DNA of 58,089 nt, filler included, from Sluysia triapertura (GCA_046118255.1; 4 parts of 4 records of this genome joined end to end with filler, not necessarily neighbours in it), one strand, 5' to 3'. Counted from the whole stretch's first letter, positions 40,525 through 52,619 are shown. The notes: generated by a model not told the origin, from the sequence alone. Numbers and translations are program-made.

Positions 40525-42151
40525 TAAAGTACAATATTCAATTAAAATGTAATAATTCAAAGAACAATGTTAATAATATTAAAGAATAATAATACGTGCA
40601 TCAACAATTAATTTGGTAATAAAATTTTATGAACTCAAATTTTATAAATTAATTCTTTAAAATTACATCTTAATTCACTAACGATTATATTTGAATATTG
40701 TAAAATAAAAATATGTCGTCTTTGCCGATTAAATCGATATGTATTGCCAATTGATTAAATTTTGTTCCTTAGATCAAACAATGTATAAATCATGTTTATA
40801 AAAACCTTTATGAAAAATGCTTTAAAATAATTAAAATGTTTTGTCTGTCTTATTTGTTCAATTTGTACTCAATCAGATGATGTGAATTAGATGAATCATA
40901 AAAATACTGACAATACTTAATGACAATTACTAATAAAATACAAACATACATATATATATGTGATTATTTTGATAATGTACTATAGAAAACCATTATTAAT
41001 AAGCAAATTAATGCTGGCATTATTAGAGAAAGACTTAAAATCATAATAGCTTATGTAATGTTCCAATGTAGTAAAGCTGTATTTTATGGATAAGAAACTT
41101 TGTACTTGGATGAAAAAGAACAAGAATGATGGAAAAATATTATTAAAGAAAAAGAAAATTGGATGTCACTTTGTCAAATCTTTATATGCATTTTTTTGGT
41201 TTACGATTAATCATAATAACTACCAATAAAAACAAAAAAATACGTTTATTTTCCGATCAAAATTGATGTACCTACTATTTTATCAATATATAACAAACTT
41301 TCTTTTATATGATTCGAAAAATTTTACTAATATTCACTTCTTCTCAAAACTATTAATAAAAAACAAATAATCATGATAAATTTCTTTATTGTAATGAATA
41401 AAATAAAATTATACAACAGCTATACAAAATTATTATATAATGTATGATTATCAAAGAATTTAATAATAAAATATCACTGCGTTATGTTTATGAGAGTTGT
41501 TTTATCAAAAAAAATTTTTTACAAATATTATTTTTTATAATCTACTAAAATTTTTGAAATAGATAATAAGGATTTAGAATCTTAATAATATTAATCTGAT
41601 AATTAATATTAAAGATTTTACATAGTACGTAAATTTTACACAAATTTTAATTAAATTGACGTCGATTTTATTATTAAATTTAAAAATTAACTTATAAAAT
41701 ATCAAACTAACGATTTATAAAAATTACCAATTAGCAATAAATATTGATGTTCCAAATAAATAAAATTATTCTCCAAGTAATAAAATTTAAATAATAACAA
41801 TGTATATAGCAGAACAGAGAGAAACAATTTTTATCTGATGATTAAGTTATGAAATAAAACAAAAATTTCATTGTATTTATACCAGTGTCAGGTAATATAA
41901 ACAAATGATTATTTACTTTAGTTACAATTATATTTTTAATATTAATAATAATTTCAATAATTTAAGTTAATAATAATGTGAAGATTATGTTAAAATAAGA
42001 TAAGAAAAGATTTTATTTACTTTAATAGTTTATCTTTTTGCTTGTGAATTCTCTATGATATTAGACTTACTCACTAAAGGGCCAGCACATAGATTTGCAG
42101 CGTTAAAATGTGTATAAAGATAATTGAAGGTCAAATAGATTTTGTACGTCT
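34427..42151 (-). CDS. Divergent soluble guanylate cyclase-like gene (H-NOX C-terminal part + H-NOBA/PAS + N-half of class III cyclase domain); partial at both ends
   Basis: Seven GT-AG exons with consistent phases and no stops: 42151-42071, 39912-39680, 35734-35509, 35440-35113, 35029-34851, 34807-34659, 34588-34427. Motifs: DFCEVFPYHIIFD (cf. TFCRAFPFHIIFD), LYFRGEM..MLYLCSPLISNLNEF..MRLSEIRNHDVT (cf. LRLKGQM..ILFLCSP..LYLSDIPLHDAT), GILFCDIVQFS..LLNILYDEFD, IDVVGDACLVVSGIP (cf. VETIGDAYMVVSGLP). Confidence 0.9.
34659..34807 (-). CDS. sGC-like exon: start of cyclase domain KYKNCGILFCDIVQFS...LHGVDR
   Basis: 43-bp upstream intron (34808-34850) and 70-bp downstream intron (34589-34658), the latter at the position equivalent to YK|VETIGD. 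Confidence 0.9.
34851..35029 (-). CDS. sGC-like exon: Asn-rich linker in place of the coiled-coil, ending VPYGIRSLVQKVIGDG
   Basis: Phase 2 in, phase 1 out, matching both neighbours; VPYGIRSLV resembles LPPSVANEL. Confidence 0.75.
35113..35440 (-). CDS. sGC-like exon: H-NOBA/PAS domain
   Basis: ELIHP, LYFRGEM, LYLCSP and HDVT motifs; ttttag acceptor, gtaatt donor. Confidence 0.9.
35509..35734 (-). CDS. sGC-like exon: linker and start of H-NOBA (FCEVFPYHIIFD)
   Basis: H-NOBA motif; phases consistent with neighbours. Confidence 0.88.
35915..36110. mobile_element. GC-rich hAT/MITE-like terminal relic in an sGC intron
   Basis: TAGTGGCGGA...GAGGGGCAGGGAGGGGCA...CCGGGCGCA, a (C/T)AGTGGCG-type end with GGGGCGC subterminal repeats. 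Confidence 0.4.
39680..39912 (-). CDS. sGC-like exon: C-terminal part of H-NOX domain (LLKICGKIFFKKLVTMEIV...NHIVYSV)
   Basis: cag acceptor, gtatgt donor; resembles the last helix and strands of H-NOX. Confidence 0.75.
39919..39993. repeat. (AAT)n microsatellite abutting a gap
   Basis: Read directly. Confidence 0.95.
39994..40093. other. Assembly gap linker
   Basis: 44 N + TTAATTAATTAA + 44 N. Confidence 0.99.
42071..42151 (-). CDS. Probable sGC-like exon: H-NOX segment TYKIYLTFNYLYTHFNAANLCAGPLV
   Basis: Strong gtaagt donor at 42070; phase 1 joins exon 39912 in frame; acceptor weak (AAG or GAG). Confidence 0.5.
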
Positions 42152-44794
42152 CTTATTTAGGTACAATAATTATTATTATTTTAATGACAACCAATAACTT
42201 TTCAAATACCTTTATTAACCACAAGATAAATATTGATAGTACACTTAATTATAATAAAATCAAATGATATTAAAAGAGCTACAATGTAAATGTTGCTTAA
42301 TAGTACAATAGATTGTAAAATCAAACGATATTACAAGATATAAAAATGCTGAATCAAAAATTGTCCGACAAAATAATAAAACCTTAACGGTTTATTAATA
42401 ATACAAAAATGATTCAAAAATTCAAAATATTAAGTATCAATTGTTAATTTTATAATTAATCTTTGTTACATAAATTTACAAAATTATGATTTTTATAAGG
42501 TGTCAATGGATTATAAAATAGTATAATGTAAAACATTATTTAATAGTGTTGCTTCAATTAATTTTATACTTAATGTTTGTTATAGAAATTTATGCATTGC
42601 TAAATTACGACTTTTATAAGGTATCTGTAAAAGATATTATAGTGTTAATTTTAATAAAATATTATTTAAAGATTCGTTTTATTAATAATATTAATTTTAA
42701 TAATTAATGTGTTGCAGTAATTTTAGAAATGAATTTATATAGTATAAAAATTATACAAAATTTCAACTTTACTTTGAATAGATTTTTTATATAATAATTA
42801 AATTCGATCTTAAAAATGAAAAACTAACGATTCGTTTTATAAATTTTCCCTTTCAAAACAATGTAGATCTCTTTCCAAAAAATTTCCAAAATTAAAATAA
42901 TGTTAGTCTTCTTGATTGTAAAAATTAAAATCATAAGAATTGATAAAAATTATTAAAATTATTACTGTGTTGTTTACCACATTTCGATTAATCTATTTAA
43001 AGGTATTCTTGACCAATTATATTATGACACCTATAAGATATTTTTAGGCATTCTATTTTTAGACTTATTTTTAACAATATTCAAACAAAATGATAATTAA
43101 TATTATAATAATAAAAAATAACAATTAAAATTTATAATAATATTTAAACAAAATAAAAATTTAATAATTTAATAATAATAGTCAAAATAAAACCTATTAC
43201 TTAAACCACGTTAAATATATAAACATTAAAATTAAATAAGTAAATCATCACCTAAATATAAATTGAAATCGTAAAAATATTACATTACAGTACTCTAATG
43301 ATCTAAAACATTTTCTGAGTTCGTCTTAAGCTTCGTCCAACGTCTCAACACCTTTCAAAGATTTTTGGAACTCCATGGTATAGTTAGGTTGACATCACGA
43401 CCCTCTAAAATTATGTAAAATAGTCAAAAATTTTTAAATCATTTAAAAAATATTTTAAAGTTTCCGAATATCCAAAAAAGGAAAATAGAAATTCTAAAAA
43501 GGAAAATAAGCTTCTAAAAATAGAATAGAAGCTTTCAGAATGTTCTAGAGCATTCCATCAATTTCTATTGGCTGACGACTAGTATATAAACTGGCATCAG
43601 TCAATAGTTAGTCATATAATTTTTTATCTTTGTTCTAAACCAGCTGTTTGTCCAGTTTTTGATACGGTTATTTGGCTCAACGACTTTATTTGGATATTTC
43701 TGTATTTGGATATTTCTTTGGATAGTTGGCAACGATTTTTATTCCATGCATATGGTTATTTGTTTTTTATATGGAATTTTTATCTTCCTGGAGATAAACA
43801 TCTTAAAATATTATGCTAAAATCTTTACTTAAACATTGTTTTTACCTCGATCTGCTGAGAGGAATTTTACATCAATAAAATTATTATTTAAAGTAAATAT
43901 TTTTTAGATTTTTAATTTTTTAGATTTAATCCTTTTTCTTTTATTACCTAAATTTTAGTGTAATTAATAAAAATTTAGTATTGTTTAATAATTGTTTTCA
44001 TTTTCATAAATAGACACAGAAGCAAGTTAAGTATTGTTATGCCAAATGAATTTAAAATATTATATTTTTTAATTTCTACATAATATTAATAATTTTTATA
44101 AACAATAATTTTACAAATATTAATGGTTTTTACACAAAAAAATTAATTACATAAAAATATTAAATAACAATAAAAATATTTTATCACTTTCGGTGAAGTA
44201 TTTTATATTTTTATTAATATAATTAAATATTTAATATGTAATTTTATTGGCAATTTTATCGTATATAAGTTACATAAGAAAGAGTAAATTATAACAAAAA
44301 TATAATACTAATTAAAGAAGTGTTAACAACAATTGCTCTCACAACTTTAATACGGTTGTTTCAAGTATTTTTATAATAAAAAGAGCAAGAAAATGTTCGA
44401 GACCACTGTAATGGTAACAAGAATTCGAATATTTGACTACAGCTGATACATTATTTGAGGATATGCGATCGGGATCGGATTTATATTCAATTATTTCCAT
44501 TCCTTGAGAGTCGTAATTTTCGTTAATTTAAGGTTTTCTTACTTAAGTAAAGATAAATTTATATTCGGTTATTTTAAAGGCAACCTCAAATCAGATTAAA
44601 ATGTATCGATTAATATTAAAATAATTGGAAATATTTAAAATTTATATTTTCTTATTGTATATATTGTTTATTTCATTTCCTTATATGTTCGATTTTGTAT
44701 GAATTATTTGTTGAATTATTTTGTAATGTGATATTTCTGTAAAAAGATGTTATAAAACTTTAGTCAACATAAATATTAAAACTATTCTTCATAA

Positions 44795-44960
44795 GGAGAA
44801 AAAGGTATAGAACTTTCTCCAGCTTATCACTAACAATCAAATTAGAGAGCTTAGAATATATAGAGACCCTCTAAGATAGTGTAGTTTAAAAAAATCCGAT
44901 CAGGTATAAAGCGCAAACATAGGCGAAGCCTAATAAATTCATTTTTGCAAACGATTAATG
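44795..44960 (+). mobile_element. LTR retrotransposon integrase relic
   Basis: KGIELSPAYH*QSN*RA resembles the GI..S.AYHPQSNG.AE integrase core. Confidence 0.4.
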
Positions 44961-45273
44961 GATAAATAAAAGAAAAAACCTTGCAGCATAATAACATGTT
45001 AACATAATAATTTAAACTATTTGGGCAACTCAGATGAATTATTCCTACCATATTCTTTTAACATTCTTTTCAAAATAAACTGTGCTTTCATCAATTAATC
45101 TTACAGTCCACAATTTAATTCCAAATAAGATCGTTGCAAAAATATTAATGAAAACTAAAATAATTATTTCCAATACCAGTATTATTTTATTATAATTTAT
45201 ATGTACAAAAAAATATATTTGATGCATGCATGAAGGCACATTGCAAGGTCCAACTTTGAAATTTTGTTAATGA

Positions 45274-45658
45274 TGTTGAGGTAAAGCCTAAAGTTCAACT
45301 TAGAATAATAATATTATAATTGACTATAACAAAAACTAAAATAGTCCAATATAAATCTTTGTCATAATTTTAAAATACATGTATTAAATTTAAATTCATC
45401 AAACTGCACAGCTGTGATGTAAAAGGGCCCGGTTCGAATCCCGGCCAGTCCATTTTATAAAATCTAACATTTGGTGAGCCCACATATCGAATAACCTTCT
45501 AATGATTTACTTGATCTTTGAGGTGAGAAATAATTGAATTGGGTGAGATGTATTGAGCGTAATTTAGAATAAAGATAGTATAATTGACTATAATAAAATA
45601 AAATTATTAGACGAGGCTGATAGCTGAACTACACATGTGTGACGTAAGAAGTCTAACA
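45274..45658 (+). mobile_element. TRIM/LTR-like unit with tRNA-like sequence in its terminal repeats
   Basis: Two related repeats TG...TCTAACA (45274-45469, 45549-45658) separated by TGG-initiated PBS-like and purine-rich PPT-like sequence; B-box GGTTCGAATCCC at 45431; related copy at about 17725-17857. Confidence 0.4.
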
Positions 45659-46204
45659 GTGATAAAAAGTAAAAATACACTTTATATTAATTGATACAAT
45701 GAATAAATTAATTTTTCAAATAATCATATAACAAGGTTAAACAGCTGTAATTTTAATTATTTCAAGAATAAATTAAGTTTAGATGTATTTTCAAGATAAT
45801 TTACGGAGTTTATTTTTTACCCATAAAAATTTTGCAACAGATTTTACGTAGATTTCTGTGCCTTTTTTAAAATGCGCTAGACTGTGGCAAAAATAACTAA
45901 CGGTAAATTTTCAAATTAATCAAAGTTAATCGAGTGTGTTTATTATTGCTGTAATTAAATGATTGGTAACTAATTATATTAACAAATGTTAATGAAATGA
46001 TTATCCACTCAATTATTGACAAATTTTATTAAGACTTTTTATCGAAGCTTTTACTCTATGATTTTTCTAGCTCAAATTATAGAGAAATCATTCGTAATTG
46101 ATTTTGTTCTAATTATCTGCACGATCACTAGCTATTTATACTTATTCTTTATCACCTTAAAAGGTCTATTTTTTAGATTTGGGAAACCGAGCTTCACCTG
46201 GTAT

Positions 46205-47600
46205 ATTATGTTGGGATTGTCAAAATGTGTATCAGGAGATTAGTGAGAGGCACAGAACCACAAAATGAAGAAAAAATTGATACAAAGTGATGGTTAGAAC
46301 GTTGTAAACATTGTTGGAGTAAGAATTATATAGATGAAAACATCTATAGCAAAGTTGACGGCTGAAGAATATCTTATAGTTCCAAGGACCTTTATAAGGT
46401 ATTGAAAACTTGAGACGGACTTTGAATTGTGAACCTTGAAATCATCTGAAACTTTATTAAACTTTAAGAATCTTTTAGACATCGAGAAGCACTTAAGACC
46501 TTTAAGTAAATTTATAAGGTAGCTGAAATTTTTAAAATATTTGAGAAATAAAATCACCGTTGCTGATATTAAAGATGTGTTGGATACATTGATATTAATA
46601 TGAATAATTAGAAAAGGAATCAGAGTGGTGAAAGTGAAAGCATCTAGAGCCTCTTGAATTCCTTATAAAGTACTAAATAATTTTAGAATCTTAATAAACC
46701 CTTTAAACGTAAAATAAAATCTAAAAATAGATTAATTAATTAAAATATTAATTAAGGAAAAGTACATTTTTATGAATGACGTTTGAATGCGGAATGTATT
46801 CGTTTTAAAAGACCTTTCGATGAAGGTATGATTTGACATTTTTCGTGCAAGCAAAGTCAATTTTTAATTAATTTTTAATGACGGAATGTTGAATTTTTTA
46901 TACTTAGAATGATGAAAAGGTAATGAATTAAATATGAAGTAATATGAAAGAGGACAATCTAGAAGTGAGTTTGAAATATCTGTAAAGTGATTTGTTTGAG
47001 AATAAGAACCTTAAACATTTTTCATTAGAAAATTGGGTGTGAAAAACCGAAAATAAATTAAATTTTAAAATTAAAATTAAATTCAATACTGGTGATTGTT
47101 GTTTTAATGTAGAAGTAATTTAAGTAAAAATAGATCGAGTAAAGTAGAAGAAAATAACAGATGATTATAAATCAATTTTTTGTGCTCTGTATCTAGTAAA
47201 GTTTGACAGACCGTACCATGAAACTATAAACGTTATTATTGTTGGTTTAATTCTCGAAGAATGTTACAATGATTTATGTGAGAGACGTTTGATCAAAATT
47301 TCATGTATGATTGAATGATGAAAAAGGTTTAAAAGCATGAAAAGTAATGACTAAAAATTTTACAACGCAACAAGAACTAATCTTTAATTGTGAATGTATT
47401 TTATTTTGATTTTTATTAAATTAGTTTTTATGGAAAACTCTTTAATTATTTAGAGTTGCTATAAACATTTTTTTTCTTAATCAATCGACGAGTAAAGTCG
47501 GTTTATAGTTAATGACTTTTATTTAGAAGAGATTAACTAGTGAATTATAATTTTTGTTTTATTATATTGGAAGATAGATTGAAGTTACAGACTAATTTGA
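46205..47600 (-). repeat. Unclassified interspersed repeat, copy B (inverted)
   Basis: Reverse complement of copies A/C (e.g. GAATGCGGAATG at about 46786, TCTAGAAGTGAGTTTGAAAT at about 46958). Confidence 0.85.
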
Positions 47601-48862
47601 CAAGTGAACTTTTTATTTATTTAAATTATTATTTTTGAAAAGTGTTAATTTGAAGGAACAGTTTGATTTTGTAACTTATGTCACCTCTGATTCTTGGGAT
47701 TGATTATTCTGTTCTAAAATTACTGTTAATTTTGAAATCTAGTCACTTTTTATTTAATTCTTTTGTATTTTCGTTAAAGATAAGATTATTGTGTCATAAA
47801 ATTACCGTTAATTTTGAACTTTACTCATTTTTATTTAATTCATTTGTATTGATAAAGTAAAAACTCTTGTTAACAATTTGTATTGATTTTGTAATTATTA
47901 AATTATTTAGTTATTAATTTACCTTGAAAAACGTAAAATTTTGGTTTTAATAAATATTATTGCTAAAATAAGAGAATTTATGATAATTTATATTTGATTT
48001 ATATTATATTATATTAATTTTAATATTATTATTATGTTAGGTTGAGAGAGTGTTCACATTCTCATTTGACGAATTATAATAATGATAAAATAATTTTTGA
48101 ATTTTATTTATATGCATGTGGTGTTACGCTTCATTATACAAACCACAATTACAATATATAATACACAATTCATAAATACATTAACACCACTTAACAACGT
48201 TAACAAGTATCTTAAACATAGAAAACATCTACGCCAAAATCTCGAATCAACTACACCAAACCAAACCCACTTCATTTACACATATTCATCATCAACAAGT
48301 ATTTCAACAACATCATAAACACGCTAGGATCTGTTTTGTAATTGTCTTTTAAATTAAATAAAATACAACTTTTAGTAAGTATTTCAAACCATTAGATTCA
48401 ACACATAAATCTCGTTTTCGAATTCAAACCTTAAACAAATCTTAAACAAATCTTAAGAATTCATTTTAACATTCTTTATTTCACTCATAATTTAAATCAT
48501 TTAACTCTAAGTAGTCTGAACAAATTTATACAGCTTTAAAGAATTCATTATCTTAATATGAAGCAACAACGATAACGGAGACGTAGTATACCTCGTTACC
48601 GTTGCTCCTTTACAGCATGTCATCAGTTTTGTTTTTTATCATTTTATATGTTAGGAATTAAAGAAATATAAAAGAAAAGATCATGTAAAGATTTAGAAGA
48701 TAGAATTCATGCGTTTTGTTTGATAATAATCTCAATTTTATTATTATTATTATCGTTATTATTGTTATTACTATTATTATTATTGTTATTATTATTACTT
48801 ATGTTAATAAACAATTAAAAATAAAAATACTCACCTTTCGACGATTAATCTAGTTACTGCTA

Positions 48863-49017
48863 TCACCAGTGTTGACAGTCTATGTTACATATTTCATTAG
48901 ACTGTCAATGCTGATGACGGTCAGTAATTAGTTTTGCTCATCATCCAAATCTAAATTAAAAATGACTAGATATCACCCAATCAGAGTATAGCTTACTAAA
49001 AATTACTTCTGATTGGG
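48863..49017. promoter_or_regulatory. Palindromic CAGTGTTGACA module plus inverted CCAAT pair upstream of the GSK3 fragment
   Basis: Arms 48863-48882 and 48898-48917 (17/20); CCCAATCAGA 48976-48985 and TCTGATTGGG 49008-49017. Confidence 0.55.
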
Positions 49018-49120
49018 CAAAATTACAAGAAACACAGACTAATACTGTGAAATGAAAATCTAATCATTCACAAATTCACAGTCACAGTTAAAAATCGTCA
49101 ACACAATTATAATAATTTTT

Positions 49121-49641
49121 ATGTGGTCAAAACAATCTCATACGATGTTATTGATCATTGACCAAAAATTTATGAAAATATCTGATACTAAATTAGATAA
49201 ACAGTACGTAGATGGTAAAGCGTTTCATTCTTTTTCGAACGATGTTGTAATGTTTCATACTCCAGATGATGAAAAAGTAGCTATTTCGGTATATGAACTA
49301 AAAAATGTTGCTAGCGGTTCATTTTGTTTAGTTTTTAAAGTTTTCATTGATGATAATGAACATGTTGCTTTAAAAAAAGTTTTGGAAGATAAATGCTGTA
49401 AAAACAGAGAATTAAACATCATGAAATCATTATCACACAATATATTACTGCATTACGTTATTACCATTATTCACATAATAAAGAGAAAGATAAAAATTAT
49501 TTGAATTTGATTATGAACTATGTTCCTCAGATTTTAACACGAATTTTGCGATTTCATATTCGAAGTAATTCATTGCGTCGATCAATTGTACTAATCAAGT
49601 TTCTACTAACACTAATGCGAAAAATGAATTTATGTCAATAG
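49121..49641 (+). pseudogene. GSK3: GSK3/shaggy-like kinase fragment (N-lobe only), frameshifted
   Basis: ASGSFCLV (G-loop), VALKKVLEDKCCKNRELNIMKSLSH (cf. [25 protein letters not shown]); after a frameshift at about 49442 ITALRYYHYSHNKEKDKNYLNLIMNYVPQ (cf. IVRLRYFFYS..KDEVYLNLVLDYVPE); no HRD or DFG follows. Confidence 0.85.
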
Positions 49642-50553
49642 ATATTCCTTCGCATTCCAGAATTCATTCTCAATTAACTATCACTAATCTGTCGAAAGCA
49701 AAACAACCAAAACCGTCTAAGAAAAATAAAGCTCCATGTAATAATTATAAAGAAATTATTATAAGTGATGAGTATGATGCTTTACCGGCTCCAAACGATA
49801 TCAATGCTGATCGTTCCTTAAACATTATTACTAGTGATAGCAATAAAAATAACAGTGACTATATCGACAATGATAATAAAATTGATAATGATTCAGATGG
49901 TAATTCTGAAGAAAAGCTTAAAACCGACCGTATAAATAATTTCAATAATACATCAAAGAGTGCTAAGGAATCAAAATATGATGTATGTCATGATATAAAA
50001 CACAACTTTTCTGACTACAATTCGCCAGAAAGCTATGAATGTGTCAAGTCAATTATTACGAACCAAGTATAAAAGCTAAAAATAAGTTAGTTATCCGTAT
50101 CAAAATATAAATCTAGAAGAAATGAAAGATTTGTTTAGCAAATTAATCTATTTGGAAAATTGTAAGTCGATACGCAACGAAATTGCTGGTGAAAATCGAC
50201 ACATTGATCATTCAAAAGCAGTGGTTTCAACAGCTAAAAACATGCAGTATGATTATTTGGACAGAACTTTATCAACAAGTTATGATGACCATCAAATGGA
50301 ATTAGACCGCGGAGCATGTTCGTTAGATGCAGAAAGACCAGGTGAGGATAATGTAATGAACCTACTTGGCGATGAAGAATCTACAGCTTTCAAGAAGAAC
50401 AATATGATTAACATGAAAAGTAATCTTGTGAGTATTAATTTTGTGTCTTTATTGAATTTTGATTTAGTTATCAAACGATTTAGCTGGATCAATGAAGTAC
50501 AACATGAAGATCGGTGGAAAAACGGGGTTGGATATAGAGAAATTAAGAGCATG
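49632..50553 (+). CDS. Unknown low-complexity, hydrophilic protein fragments (two ORF blocks), possibly a pseudogene
   Basis: ORFs 49632-50072 and from 50122; candidate 40-bp intron 50428-50467 (gtgagt...ttag); no domain recognised. Confidence 0.35.
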
Positions 50554-51187
50554 ATAGTAGTTTCTACCTTGAACAAATTAATTGTGACGTTCATAAAAAT
50601 CATTTGTGTAATAACGTTTTATGTTAATAATTGTATATTTTCAATTTGTGTTTTCAAACATAAAACATACTTTGTATGTTATGTTAAATTACGTAAATAT
50701 AAATATAAATATACTAATGATCTAATAATCAAATTGATTTCTAGTAATGTTAAGCTTCAAGATTTGTACAAAAGTTATGAAACAAAAAAGCTCAAACATA
50801 TTAAAAGTCATAACAAAACATTAAAACGTATTAAAAGTCCTAACATCATTCTGTGCATAAGTATAGCTAACCTAGGTAGAAATGGATTAGTTTCGAAGTA
50901 TTAGCCGATTTTTTAAAGTCCTATCAAACAATCACAAGAATACTTATACTAAGTTCTTAGTTGAAAGAAAATTCAATAAATTAGTCTCAAAATCAAAATT
51001 ACATATGAATTGTAAACGCCCTAAATTAAGGACAACTCCAAATTCGTGTCAGGAGTATTACTCCTCGAATCATGGAAGGGATCAAACCCCATGTAAGTAA
51101 TATTAATAACAATAACAACAACATTAATGTTATTATTATTACATTAAATTTCATTAATTTAACATAATACATCAAAAATTGTATCTA

Positions 51188-51326
51188 CCATCACCAGTTC
51201 TGACATTGCTCATTACTGTAAACAGATTTATGTCAACACTGATGGTGGCTTATCACTCAGTTATGCTACTTTGATTCTTCACTGATTATCAAATTTTACG
51301 CTTTCTGATTGGACAACTAATCAGAA
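51188..51326. promoter_or_regulatory. Second copy of the palindrome + CCAAT-pair module, upstream of ATG 51390
   Basis: CCATCACCAGTTCTGACA...TGTCAACACTGATGGTGG; TTCTGATTGG / CTAATCAGAA at 51303-51326. Confidence 0.55.
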
Positions 51327-51389
51327 TAAACTTATATGCAAAAATGTTTAAAAAAAATCGAGTTCCAGAAAAATTCTAAAGCTTAAATA

Positions 51390-52619
51390 ATGCTGAAAAG
51401 AGGTAAATTAATGCCTAATCGTATGGATGAAAATTCACATTTATTTCGTCAATCAGTGAATGAAACCAAAAAACTACTTGGAGTATAATATGATTCTAAT
51501 TGACAAATATATGATATCTTAATGAAATTGTCTTTAGTTTTAACTGGGAACAGCAGCAAATTATGTAGTTTAATAATTAGTAATTTATATGCAAGATTCA
51601 AATGCGTCAATTTTGAATGTATAAAACGATCTTATTTAATTCGCATACGCAATTCAGGTTACATAGTTCCCGTTTTAGAATGGATAAAAGTTTGTTTCAA
51701 ATTTATAGTTTTCAATCATTGGATCCAATGTATACATATAGTAAGCGTTTATTATTTTTTTAAAGAATTAGTTATGTCGCTAATAGCGAACGTTTAACGA
51801 GATATATTATATTTTCCGATGCTCATTTACTTGTTTAAAGAAAAAAAGTAATACTACATTAAATCAAATGAATAATATAAATGAATCTATGATTTTCTTA
51901 ATTAATTTTCTGAAAGGCTACGGTCGTATTAATGCGAGTATCCCCATTTCATTTGATTCATTGATTATTACTTATAATAAAGATAATTTAAAATTTGTAG
52001 CGGAGGATAATGTTCTACTACATATTACAATTTTATTCAGCTATTTTACATATTTTTATAATGAACCAACAATAACGTTTTGTGATCATTTATCCTATTT
52101 TGTGTTAGATACGAAAGAAGAAATAAATGTTCGTAGTGACTCTGCTCATCATGCTATGAGTTATCTCATCCATTTTTTCAAAGATAACATGACTATTGAT
52201 TTTTTATTTATAATAATAGATCGAATTTTCAGCGATGTTCTCAAGTTATTAGATTTACCAAAAGTTTTAAATTATAAAATAAACAATGTCTATAAAAGGT
52301 CAAAAAAGATAAATTCAATAAAATTGTGCATTATAGTGATGTTATTAGTGAAGATTATACAAACATTTGTATGAGTATTTGTATGAGTATTAGTAGAGGC
52401 GACGATGATATCACAACTCATGAATTGTATAATATTTGTACAGAACTTACGCGAAAATTATCCAAGCGTATTACAATGAATGTTTTTGCTCTACTAGAAA
52501 TTTATTCATCTCAAAATAATATCAAAGGCAACTCTATAAAAATTAAATGCACAGACTGCTTACAGTTACAAGACCAATGGTGTGGGCTTTACAGGTCCTA
52601 CAGCATCTTAATAACGTAA
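51390..52619 (+). pseudogene. Decayed intronless gene of unknown family (several overlapping ORF segments)
   Basis: ATG at 51390, then ORFs 51522-51797, 51868-52374 and 52326-52619 on one strand separated by stops/frameshifts; lies downstream of the promoter-like module. Confidence 0.35.

Noticed and set aside
45401-45452. Functional tRNA gene
   Set aside because: Only the T-arm and 3' acceptor half are present at this copy; no complete cloverleaf
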